Shown: positions 52,840-64,000 of the stretch, piece after piece
Layout: each line of letters starts with the position of its first letter
How positions within the stretch are numbered: position 1 is the first letter of the stretch
From: Eledone cirrhosa
Taxonomy: Eukaryota
Length of the DNA stretch: 64,000 bases
Direction of reading: 5' to 3'
Assembly: GCA_964016885.1 (NCBI GenBank)
Contig: OZ024743.1
Coordinates: forward strand, 285,014,001 to 285,078,000
Translations under genes and position numbers: made by a program
The notes under the pieces: generated by a model
What the model saw: only the letters and a program-made list of their open reading frames with translations
What the model was told of the DNA's origin: nothing
Databases searched by the model: none

Positions 52840-55800
52840 TACAGATGCAAGAATCATTAAACTCAGACTAGTCCTGAATAAGACAATTACCACAATAATA
52901 TCAGCTTACGCACCCCAATCGGGGCTGCCAGACGAACTTAAGGATAGGTTTTACGAGTCCCTAATACACACTACTGCTCTAACAGACGACAAGGACTTCC
53001 TAATCATTGCAGGAGATTTTAACGGACACGTAGGTAAACACTGCGACGGCTTCAATAGAGTACATGGAGGCCATGGAGTTGGCACAAGGAATGAGGAAGG
53101 ATTCAGACTTCTAGAATTCTGCGACGCCAATGACATGTCGATATGTAACACAAACTTTAAAAAACCCGACAACCACCTGATCACCTATAGATCAGGGGAG
53201 CACTCTAGTCAGATAGATTTTATCCTCATCAGAGGACGTGACAGATGGACGGTCGTAAACACAAAAGCCTTCCCTAGTGAGGAATGTACATCCCAACATA
53301 GCTTAGTTGTCAGCGACCTCACGGTCAGAACTAGACGAGCCCTGAAACAGAGGCCAACCTGGAGAAGAAAGATCTGGAAGCTCAACCAGTAACAGATTTA
53401 AAGATATTTTACTCAACGCCTACGACAGTAAAGAAGAACAGATAGAGACATTTAACGTAGAAGAGAACTGGGAGTTCCTAAAAAATAACTTACTAGAGGC
53501 GACGGATGAGGTTTGTGGCTGGAGTAAGACCTCAAGCAGGAGGAGAGTGACTTGGTGGTGGAACAATAAGGTAGATGAAGCAGTCAAGGCCAAGAGACAG
53601 GCATGGAAAGAATGGAAGAACGGGGGGAGCAGGGTACATTACATAGAGACCAAGAGGGAAGCTAGGCGACAAGTATACTTAGCTAGGAGGGAAGCAGAGG
53701 ATAGAAAATTCAAGCATGTTTTACAACGTGAGGACCAGAAACAGGAGGTATTCAAGATTGCGAGGCAGTGTGTCAGAGATAGTTGTGATGTCATTGGAGA
53801 GAAGTGTATCCGGAATGATAAAGGTGAGCTTGCCCTCACAAGTGCTGAGAAGAAAGATGCATGGAAGAGTCATTATGATAGATTACTAAATGAGGAGAAT
53901 GCATGGGAAGAAGAGACCCTACCCCACGTAGACCCTATAGAGGGACCAGCAGTACAAGTCAGCGGCAGCGTAGTAAGTAAGGCAATCAGAGATATGAAGA
54001 TAGGGAAGGCAACCGGTCCATCGGGTATAGCTGCCGAGATGCTGAAGGCATCTGGGTCTGTAGGTCACACTATAACCACACGTATCGTTAACCAGGTAAT
54101 ACTAGAGGGGGCCATACCAAAAGATTGGTGCAGTAGCATCATTGTCAACTGCTACAAAGGTAAAGGCGATGCACTAGATAGAGGAAACTATAGAGGTATA
54201 AAGTTGATGGACCAGGTCATGAAAGTAACAGAAAGAGTTATAGCACAGCTGATTAGGGACCGGGTGAATATAGACGAGATGCAATTTGGGTTTGTACCAA
54301 GGAAAGGCACCACTGATGCCCTCTTCCTTGTGAGGCAATTACAGGAAAAGTACCTAGCTAAAAGTAAGCCACTCTACTTGGCATTTGTCGACCTTGAGAA
54401 AGCCTTTGACAGAGTTCCACGTGCAGTAATCTGGTGGGCTCTTAGAAAACTAGGAGTAGATGAATGGCTTGTGAAAGCGGTACAAGCCATGTATAGGGGA
54501 GCAGTCAGCAAAGTTAGGATTGGCAATGAGTATAGCGAGGAATTTAGCGTACAGGTTGGGGTCCACCAGGGCTCTGTTCTTAGCCCTCTCCTGTTCATTA
54601 TAGTCCTGCAGGCAATAACGGGGGAGTTTAAGACCGGATGCCCATGGGAACTCCTGTATGCTGATGACCTCGCACTCATAGCTGAATCTATGGTAGAACT
54701 AGAGAATAAATTCCAAACCTGGAAGCAGGGACTAGAGAGAAAGGGCCTCAAAGTCAACATGACAAAGACTAAGGTCCTTATAAGTAGACGAGAAAACAGA
54801 ACCCAGATCCCCTCAGGGAAATGGCCTTGCTCAGTATGTAGGAAAGGTGTAGGTAGGAACTCCATTCTCTGCCCCAAATGCAAACAATGGGTACACAAGA
54901 GATGTAGCGGGATCTCAGGAAGCTTAATTAAGAATGTAGGATTCACATGCAGCAGCTGTGCTGAAACAGCAAGCAAACAGCCACAGGAAACAAGTACCAC
55001 CAATCTCTGGGAGGGCTCTGTAGAAACAGTAGAAAGCTTCTGCTACCTAGGTGACCGAATTAGCAACGGAGGTGGGTGCTCAGAAAGTACAATAACTAGG
55101 GTAAGAACGGGATGGAAGAAGTTTAGGGAACTACTACCACTGCTAGCTGCAAAAGGCTTCTCCCTCAGAATGAAAGGCAGACTGTATGATGCGTGTATCC
55201 GAACAGCGATGTTGCATGGTAGTGAGACCTGGGCGCTGAAGGTGGAAGACTTACGTAGATTAGAGAGAAACGAAGCCTGCATGCTCCGATGGATGTGTAA
55301 CAGTAATATACGTGAACGACAAAGCATAAAGGAATTGAGAGAGAGACTGAGCATAAGAGGAATCAAATGCTGCGTGCAGGAGAGGCGGTTACGCTGGTAT
55401 GGACATGTGATGCGTATGAAGGATGACAGCTGCATAAAAAGGTGCAGAGCACTAGAAGTTGATGGAAACCGCGGAGTGGGGAGACCCAAGATGACTTGGG
55501 ATGAGGTGATAAAAGCCGACCTTACCCAACTACACCTCTCAAAGTCAATGACACACGACCGTGACTTCTGGCGTCACGCAGTAATACAGGGTACCCGACC
55601 TCCCATGGGTACATGCTGAAGCATATAAACAATATGCCCCCCCCCCTACTGCAAGGTGGTCGTGGAGGTGCCACGGCAAAAAAGCACCCAGCCCACACTG
55701 TAAAGTGGACGTGTAGGCGCCACGAAAAAGCACCCAGCACTCACTGTAAATGAGGTTGGTGTTAGGAAGGGCATCCAGCTGTAGAAATCAAGCCAGATCA

Positions 55801-55922
55801 GTTCCTGTATGAGCAAGGCATGGTCAGCCGTCCAGACACTGCCCGCAACAGGACAACCCGTCTAACCCATGCTAGCGTGGAAGAACGGACGTAAAACGGT
55901 GATGATGATGATGATGATGATA
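52840..55922 (+). mobile_element. Slightly 5'-truncated RTE LINE: APE, RT, PHD finger, 3' UTR, (GAT)n
   Basis: ORF 52781..53392 (SAYAPQ, GDFNGHVG, QIDFIL), frameshift ~53390, then 690-aa ORF 53547..55619 (FVDLEKAFD, GVHQGSVLSP, YADDL). Confidence 0.95.
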
Positions 55923-56514
55923 GTAAGACACACACATACATACATACTTTGAACACATAAAATTGTGAATTTAAAGCATTGAATCATAGTTTGCTGTTTA
56001 TGATGATTCACTCTCATTCTTGACTTCTTTCCTTGCTTATATGTGTATAGATATGTATTTGTATATCTACATATATCCATGTGAGTAAACACAAACACAC
56101 ACATACACACACTCATGCAGTGTTTGTGAGTTTCATTTACTTTGTTGTGACCATCACAACCAAAACCTCACTGGTGCATTGCTTTGTAGGTTTTGTTATT
56201 AGTATTGTCTTTTGTGTTGTATCATGTTTTACTGTTGTTTGTGGTCAACCTTAGATCAACCCTAATTGAGGAGGTATCCCAGCTGTCACCATCTTGTCTT
56301 CTTTTTTTTTTTCTTTTTCTTGACAGAGCATTTTGAAGACTAAGTTATTCAATGTACCTTTCTTTTTTTAGGATTGTATGGTGTAAATTGAGGGTGATTT
56401 AGCTGCTGTTTCTAATAGATCAAATGACCATATAATGGGATGGTGATCATTTTGAAACAATTGGGGAATTTCTTAGTCACTAAAAAAAGGAAAATATAAA
56501 TGGATAAAAGCTAT

Positions 56515-56743
56515 TTAACTCTTTAGTATTTACATTACTCTATATTTACTATTATATTTTTGTGGTAAATGCTTTATCTTACATAATTATTTCATATAAT
56601 CTCGAAGCTATGAGATTTTGATGTTATTTATTTTGAGAGCAATACCTTAACATTGGTATGAGTGGCCAATTATGGCCGGTTTGAACAGAAAGAGGGAAGA
56701 GAATTCTGGCCGGATATAGCCGGTTTAAATGCTAAAGGGTTAA
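56515..56743 (-). mobile_element. piggyBac-type MITE with TTAA TSD
   Basis: TTAA-CTCTTTAGTATTTA...TAAATGCTAAAGGG-TTAA; reverse orientation relative to the 24512 copy. Confidence 0.8.
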
Positions 56744-57349
56744 ATTATGAAACTGTTTGTAATAAAGAAGAAATTTCTAGAAATGTTAAATTTTATGGAA
56801 CTTAGTGACAAGCAGAGAAATAAGGTGCTGCTCCGCCACTTAATCAGATTTCATCTACAGAAAAGGCAGTTAAAATGTTTTATATGTAGCTCACTATATA
56901 TTTTCCTCCAAATTTGATAAAACAATTACCAAAGTACTGGAGTCGATGAAATCAACTAAAACACTTGAAGGCTGTAACCCAGTATGGTCACAGACCAATG
57001 ACTGACACTGGTAAAACAATAAAAGAATGTATATATTGTTATATATATATATAAAAGAATATATATATTGTTATATATATATATAAAAGAATATATATAT
57101 TGTTATATATATATATATTGTTATAAGACCTGAATAAGACCCGTCCCATCCTTGCAAGCAGGGAAAAGCGGCCGTAAAATGATGATGATGATGATGGTGA
57201 GGATTATGAGACAAGTAGATACTGAAATGTTCATCATTCACATAAAATTTTGTTATTTTTTCTCCTCATTTCTTTGACTTTCCCACTGTCTTAATCATCA
57301 TTCTTTTCCTATCAGTCCCTTTGTTTGTTTTTTGCTCTATTTTTTTCAG

Positions 57350-57494
57350 GTGAGAATTATGGAGATATGGGATCAGCAGGTGGTAATAAATCTCATATAA
57401 GTCTGGAGACCCTTTTTCGCAATGCTTCAGTTCAACAAAATACTCCTGTTATGAGAGCTACAAGCTCATCTCCTAGGAATGCAGACATTCAAAG
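57350..57494 (+). CDS. DCP1: DCP1-like exon
   Basis: Long polypyrimidine tract, ttttcag|GTGAGAAT...ATTCAAAG|gtttct. Contains HISLETLF, similar to recalled DCP1 HLSLTALF/HLTVEELF. Phase 1 in, phase 2 out. Confidence 0.82.
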
Positions 57495-57510
57495 GTTTCT
57501 ACATTATTTA

Positions 57511-57628
57511 TTGAGTTCAAATCCTGCTGAGGTTAACTTTGCCTTTCATCCTTACGGGGGTCGATAAAATAAAGTACCAGTAATACCGGAATAATTGCTG
57601 GCCTTGTGCCAAAAGTAGAAACAATTAT
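57511..57628 (+). mobile_element. 5'-truncated tRNA-derived SINE just downstream of a DCP1 donor site
   Basis: gagttcaaatcc...gcctttcatccttacg...aaagtaccag...gtgccaaaagtagaaac; same family as 28220-28404. Confidence 0.8.
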
Positions 57629-58963
57629 TTATTGAGAGATTTCCTGTCTAATGACGATTTAGATAAATAAAGATTTCCTGTCTAATCAGAATTTATATCT
57701 AATAAAGATTTCCAAGCTGAATTCAAATTAATCCTGTCAGAATTACCACCTCCACAAAAAAAGATAAATTTAGTATCTAAAGAGGTGTATATAAAGTTAA
57801 ACGGTATATTCTTGATAAATTTAATGCAAGTTGAAATTCCCTAAAAATGATAATTCCAGTACATAGGAATATATTATATAGATGTGCCAAACTTATGATA
57901 GCATAGAAAAGCATATTCTTAAAATGGCAATGATGATTATGCAACTGTCAGTGATGGCACTAATGGTAGTGCTGAATACAATGCTATATTTATAAGATGT
58001 GCTTCTAAAGTTATCCTCATTATTTCTTGTTTATTATATTTGTAATCATGGTTTGGTGTTAGGAAAGGCATTCAGCCATAGAAATCAACCCCAAATAAAG
58101 CATATGAATATGCCTAGTCATCTGACCAGTCTGGTATCAGCACATGATAGCCATCTAGCCTATGCAAGCATGGAAAATAGATGTTAAATGGTGATGATGA
58201 TGATGGTTTTCAAGGAAAAAAGAGAAATGATGTAATTTGTCATTAGATCATTATTACCAAACTAACTGTGAAACAGCTGTGACAATCAAGCCAGTTAAAT
58301 AAGCAACTGAATCCCTAAATTACAACATATTACACAACAGCTACATCACCAAATTACAACCCATCACACAGCAACTATATCACTTGCAAGCCAACAAAAG
58401 GGGCCCCTACATAGGTCCTCAAATTATTAGAAATAAGGCCCAAATCCGGGGTTCTGATCTGAATGCCAGTAGTAGAATGAACTCTACTAAAGTCTTATGA
58501 GTAAGTGGTGATGTTAAAAAGGGCTACATTTTAGACCTACCACTTAGGCCTATTACCCAACCACCTTTACTACCCACCCTTGACAGTCTAAATATTGGAT
58601 TTAATTTAGTTTTCATTCCTGTTGTGTAGACATAAGGGTTCTTGATTTCATATCAAAACTAGGCAAAGCCAAATTTCAATTATTGAGGACTTATAAACAA
58701 AAGGAAGTATAAGATTGACTTTATAACAACAACAAAAAAGAGAAGTTTAGTTGACTTGATGTTTAGCATGGCCATTTGAATTATCAATAATTTGAAACTT
58801 GGTTTCTGGTTAATATGCAATACACTAGCATTTTATCCATAAAGGTTTTAATAAATTTCTCCCCAGTGATCTTAAAATTTTTTTTTTTCTTTTAGAAAAC
58901 AATAACATCATTAGGTAATATGATTTTTCTAATTATTGTGTATTTCTGTTTGTCTTATTTCAG

Positions 58964-59588
58964 GCCACCTACTTTAACAGAACCAGAAACTACTACTTCT
59001 CAACTGCCAACTATTTTAAAACAATTTGGTTCAACTGTCACAATGGTTGAAGATATTGAAAGGCAGCAGCAGCAACATAGGAAATGTGAAAATACAGCAC
59101 CACCATCAATGTGGATGTTAAAACAAACATCTCACAATGGCTTTAACAATTTGAGAAGCCCTCAAAATTATCTTGAATTTGACAAAATTTCAAGTAAAGC
59201 ATCTTCCAAAAACACAAATACTGTCCTTGTTAACAAGGATATTAACTTACTTGAACCTGTAAATTTTACATCTGTTTCAACAACTTCTGGACAGATTTTC
59301 AATTTTCCTCAATCAATTAAACCAGAGTTTGAGAACTCCTATGCCAATGCTATTGACTGTTTACATGATTCATCAAACTTTGAGCTATGTCCATCATCTC
59401 ACCCTAGTTATGTGTTTTGTAGTACTGAGAAGTCTGATTTCACTACAAGTCTCCTCACAAATGAATTAGACAGTTCTGTCGGAAGCAAATATGGTCAATA
59501 TAAATCACCTATTTTGACAAAATCTTGCACACAAGAGCTATTAACACCTGCTGATCTGGAGTCAATATCATTACCAAATATTTCTGGA
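58964..59588 (+). CDS. DCP1: DCP1-like large low-complexity exon
   Basis: tttcag|GCCACCTACT...ATTTCTGGA|gtaagt, inside ORF 58920..59663. Phase 2 in matches the previous exon. S/T/Q-rich with LPTILKQF, VEDIERQQ and LLTPADL motifs. Confidence 0.8.
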
Positions 59589-59859
59589 GTAAGTATCTCT
59601 TTACAATTGCCCATTAACATTATGGTGGGGAAGTTTGTTTTCCATTCAATGTCTGACACATAAAATTTTCTATTTTATCAAAGATACAGCAATGTACTAG
59701 TTTATAAGATACAGAACATTGTAGATACAAACAAATGTGTCTCACATATTCAATAGTCTAGATGAATTGAAATCAACTATCAAACTAATAATTGCAATTT
59801 CACAAATAACATAAAAAGAATTTCTTCTTCTTATTATTATTATTATTATTGTTATTATT

Positions 59860-62800
59860 GTTCTTTGAGTCTCAGTCATTGATGTTAGTTAACTGGAAAG
59901 TTTGTTGAAATGAATATCAAGCCATTACCTGCAGCCTCAGATATTCAGGACGTATCGGAGGGTTCTTGCTGTTCCCAGCAAGCATGCCTTTTGAAGTGTT
60001 CCAAAAAGCGGGGCGGGACCAATTTTTTTTAACCATCCCTGGAAACTCTTTGAAATAGTACCTAGTGCACCTATGACAATCGGGACCACTTTGACTTCAT
60101 AGCAGTTCCAAATCCTTTTTACCTCCCACTTTAAGTCCTGGTATCGGTTAATTTTCTCCCTCTCGTGTCGAATGGGCAGGCCACATCCACAATCAAGCAA
60201 TCTTTTTTCCTTGTCCAAAACCAGCAGGTCAGGTCTATTGTGTTCCAGTTTCTTGTCCGTCTGTATCCTAAAATCCCACAGCACCTTCACCTGATCGTTT
60301 TCTATCACCAACTCTGGCTTATGCTCATACCACTTCTCAGAATGTGGTAAATTGTTTACTTTGCATAGGTGCCAGTGGATCACCCTGCCCATCACATCAT
60401 GGCTCCAGCCTTTATAGTGAGTCTGGGCTAGGTGTTTACACTCGGATACAATGTGAGCCACAGTCTCCTCTCTCTCTCCACAGATCCTGCACGGTGGACT
60501 AGCCTCCTCCTTGTAAATATGGTGTTTCAGCCACTTCATTTTGAGGGCCTGCTCTTGCACAGCCATTAGCATTCCTTCTGTAGCCTTTTTAAGGTCTCCT
60601 CTTTTCAACCAGTTCCATATCTGTGGATCTCTGAATTCAGTTTTCTCAAAGAAGGTACTATGAAGGGATTTTTCATGAAGGCTGCTCTTCTCCTTGTTGT
60701 TATTTCCTCCTTGGACATCCCCTGGTCTATTGTCCTCTCCTTCAGTACAATTCTGAGCATTGGCTCCTTACTATCAGTCACGTATTTGTGTAGGTTGTTT
60801 TTCTCCATCGGAACACAGTCCTCTATGCTGATAAGACCTCTTCCACCTTCAGATCTCCTTAAGTAGAGTCTATCGACATCACTCCTCTTGTGGAACATGT
60901 TGTAGATAGTCAATAGCTTCCTAGTCTTCCTATCCATTTCTTTTTGTTCAGCAATATTCCATTTCAGAATTCCTGCACTGTACCTAATAATAGACACATC
61001 TCGGGAATTCACTGCACTTATGGCATTCCTACTGTTCAGATGTGACTTTAATACGCTCCTTACTCTCCGAATGTATTCAGATCTTATCAATTCCTTCATT
61101 TTTTTGTTCTTGATGTCATCAGCCTCCAGAACACCCAAATACTTGTATCCTTCTTCAGTGTCAATTTCCTTTATCATCTCACCTGTTGGTACCTGAATTC
61201 CATTGCTTCTGCTCAATTTACCCCTCTTCATCACAAGGACTCCACACTTACTAATACCAAATTGCATACATATATCATTGCTGAAAATACGGACAGTGTC
61301 AACAAGCACATCCAACTCCTTCTCACTCTTCCCGAAGAGCTTAAGATCGTCCATGAAGAGGAGATGATTGATGGTAAGCTCTCCCTTTCCCAACTTGTAT
61401 CCTGCTCTCACTTTTCGCAGTATAATGGTCAGGGGCATCAGGGCAAGGACAAACAACAGAGGGGACAGACTATCTCCCTGGAAGATACCTCTCTTGATCT
61501 TCACGCCTCCCAAGGATTCTCCAGCTGATGTTAACTCTGTTTTCCAGGACTTCATACTTTTGCTCAACAACTGTCTGATGTTATCTGCCACCTTGACGAT
61601 CTCTAGGCTTTTGGTGATCCAAGAATGAGGCACCATGTCTAATGCCTTTTTGTAGTCTATCCATCCCATGCCAAGACCAGTGTGTCTCCTCTTGCAATTC
61701 CTCATTACCATCTTATCAATAAGTAACTGGTCCTTTGTACCACGGGACTTCTTTCGGCATCCTTTCTGTTCGTCCGGTAGCAAGTTGTTTGTGTGGAGGT
61801 GATGGTAGATTTCCTCAGACACAATGCTTGTCAACAGTTTCCACATTACGGACAGACATGTGATAGGTCTATAGTTGGTAACATCATTACCCTTGATTCG
61901 GTCTTTCATTACCAGAACTGTGGTACCTTTTGTCAACCACTCTGGTACCTCACCTGACATCAAGCCATCATTGAACATGGTTGTCAGTTTCGGGTGGAGG
62001 GATGTTATATTTTTAATCCAATACCCCTGCACACCATCTGGGCCTGGTGATTTCCAGTTGGTTAGTTTTTTGGTCTGCCCCCTAAGAGTTTCAACTGTGA
62101 TACTCAAATCAGTTTGTTGGTGTGCCTGTTCACTAATCTTCCTTTGTACTGTCTCAATCCACACTCCCTGGTCATTATGTTTAACATCCTGCTCCCATAT
62201 TCCTCTCCAGAATGTCTTAGTTTGTTCCGCCTCAGGGATCAAGTCGTTGCCTCTTTCTTTCCCTTCAAGCTGTCCAAACAGCATCTTCTGGTTGTTGTCA
62301 AACATGCAGTTCTGTCTATACTGACTGACTCTGCTCTCATATCGCCTAATTTTTTCACTCTTTGCTACAATGCGTTGCTTCAGTTCCTCTATGATAATAT
62401 TTAGCGTTTTCCTCCTAGTTTTGTACTTTATTTCCAGTCTATTTTTAGTGTGTATGTTTTTTAGTGTCCCATTCAGTAGGGACTCAAGCTTTCCAATGTC
62501 ATTTCTCATTTCCCTGATTTGACCATTCAGTCGTTTCTTCCACCAAGTTTCTGATCTTTCTTGTTTGTTGTTTCCTCTCGCTTTTATGCCAAGTAATTTC
62601 CTCACCACAATTGCTGTTACTTTGAGGATATTGTTGCACTGGTGAAGGCTCCTCGCCTCGAGGTATGGGATGACTTTGTTTACCTTAGCTGTTGTTTCTT
62701 TTAACTTTTTCTTGACTACAAATCTTAGGTTCATAGGTTTCCCACTATCATTGTTCATTTCATCTACCACTAAGTTTAGGATATCAACCAAATCTTGTCC

Positions 62801-63390
62801 TAGCCCATCAGCATTCATCTCCTCAATGGCTGTATCTTTGTTCCAGGTATTATTTATTTCAGCATTCAGATCATTGTCTCAACCTCTTCACCTTCATTTC
62901 CCACTGGCCCGTTTGCCTGGCATACTCCACTCTCCATTTCCAACCTAATCTCTCTGCTCAGTTCCTCCAGTTCCAGCTCGCTTATCCACCCATTAGTTCT
63001 TATTACCCGAGCCTGCCCGGCCAATTTTTGTTCATCTAATTTAAATAGACCAATCTCGTTCCAGATATTATGCATCCGTTTCCTATAGCCTTTTTCCTTG
63101 GGGTTACTCTTCAGGTAACATTGCATAACAGTTCTATTCAATTCTTTCGTCCAGTTGGTTCTGGTCCCTTTCCTTCTTCTTCTTCCTCTGACACCAGCAG
63201 TATTTGGTTGACAGCCAGGTCCCTGCTGCTGAGCCAGGGAGCACCTGCTGGGTGAGAGTCTGTCACATGACATTCCAGTCTCCACTTCACCGTTATTCGA
63301 ACTGTTTAAACACTCTTATCGAGGATTGGTGAATGTATGGTTACATAACCACCGGTGATTTTAGCGTGGCACTATCACGCTGTAGACGAA
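59860..63390 (-). mobile_element. Near full-length Dong/R4-clade RLE retrotransposon ending at (TAA)n
   Basis: ORFs 62866..63285 (WTKELN..MHNIW), 60605..62818 (NYRPITCL, IDYKKA, RGIFQGDSLSP, LFMDDLK) and 59937..60608 (CRICG..ETVAHIVSEC, HNRPDL, VVPIVIGALG). (TTA)n at 59831-59859. Confidence 0.93.
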
Positions 63391-63651
63391 CATAAATAAA
63401 CAAACAAACAAATAGGTAAAAACCCCAAAAAATAAGCATAAGTTTCATTGTAATGTAATGTTTGAATGTCTGACTTAGTTTTTTTGCTTGTCCGTCTGTC
63501 TCTTTGTTTTTCTTTTCTTTTTTCTTTTCTTTACGTTTTTCGATGCTGCTGTGCTGATTTTGATATTTTGATTTTTTGACCGGGTCATCAAATCAGTCTA
63601 TTTATATCTTTTGATGCCTTCCTCATTTAGCAGGAATACTACGATGCCTGT

Positions 63652-63795
63652 CTTAGCAGGAGGTAGTGGGAGAGAATAGTGGCGGTAGCGATAATGAGGC
63701 AGTGGTGGTGGTGGTGATGTGCTAGTAGTACCTAGCAGGAGGTAGTGGGAGAGAATAGCGGCGGTAGCGATAATGAGGCAGTGGTGGCGGTGATG
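63652..63795. repeat. Two-copy ~79-bp tandem duplication
   Basis: tagcaggaggtagtgggagagaatag(t/c)ggcggtagcgataatgaggcagtggtgg occurs twice. Confidence 0.8.
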
Positions 63796-64000
63796 TGATC
63801 GTAGTACTGTAGTGATGGTGTTGAAGTTGAAGTAGAAATAGAATTTGAGGTAACTTGACTAGATTTTTTGGCGTGGTAGTGGTGATGGTGGCGGTGGTGG
63901 TGTAGGTGGTGAAATTATTTGCCTGTCTGTCTACTTAGCCATTTTTCTCTTTTTAGACTATAACATTTCTGATCCAAAATTAAATATTAAGTATTGGGGC

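Noticed and set aside
54374-55489. Long antisense ORFs over RTE and Dong coding regions
   Set aside because: Shadow ORFs of the sense RT frame with no independent motifs.
63957-63985. Possible final DCP1 exon (TITFLIQN after tttttag)
   Set aside because: Immediate stop codon and no trimerisation-domain continuation; likely chance.

Overview
Eukaryotic, AT-rich, microsatellite-dense sequence with one 200-N gap. The SINE, RTE, Dong and Penelope content looks like an octopod cephalopod (inference). From about 33.7 kb to the end, and probably across the whole window, the sequence is intronic to a + strand host gene. Five phase-compatible GT-AG exons (33734-33797, 43435-43633, 52538-52661, 57350-57494, 58964-59588) splice into a DCP1-like mRNA-decapping subunit: end of the EVH1 domain, the MI motif and a low-complexity middle region. 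The ORF track misses or misframes most of them. The introns hold mostly decayed TEs: RTE LINEs (some with a PHD finger after the RT; one apparently 5'-inverted), two Dong/R4 RLE LINEs, three Penelope-like elements plus remnants, a hAT transposase fossil, a Helitron, piggyBac-type MITEs and tRNA-SINEs. The most notable hidden structures are (1) hammerhead-ribozyme motifs in Penelope pseudo-LTRs, including two well-formed minimal hammerheads with covarying stems and an atypical long-stem-II variant, and (2) a 5.3-kb, 49-bp satellite with higher-order structure that appears to have grown out of the right TIR, TSD and flank of a 70-bp hAT-like MITE.
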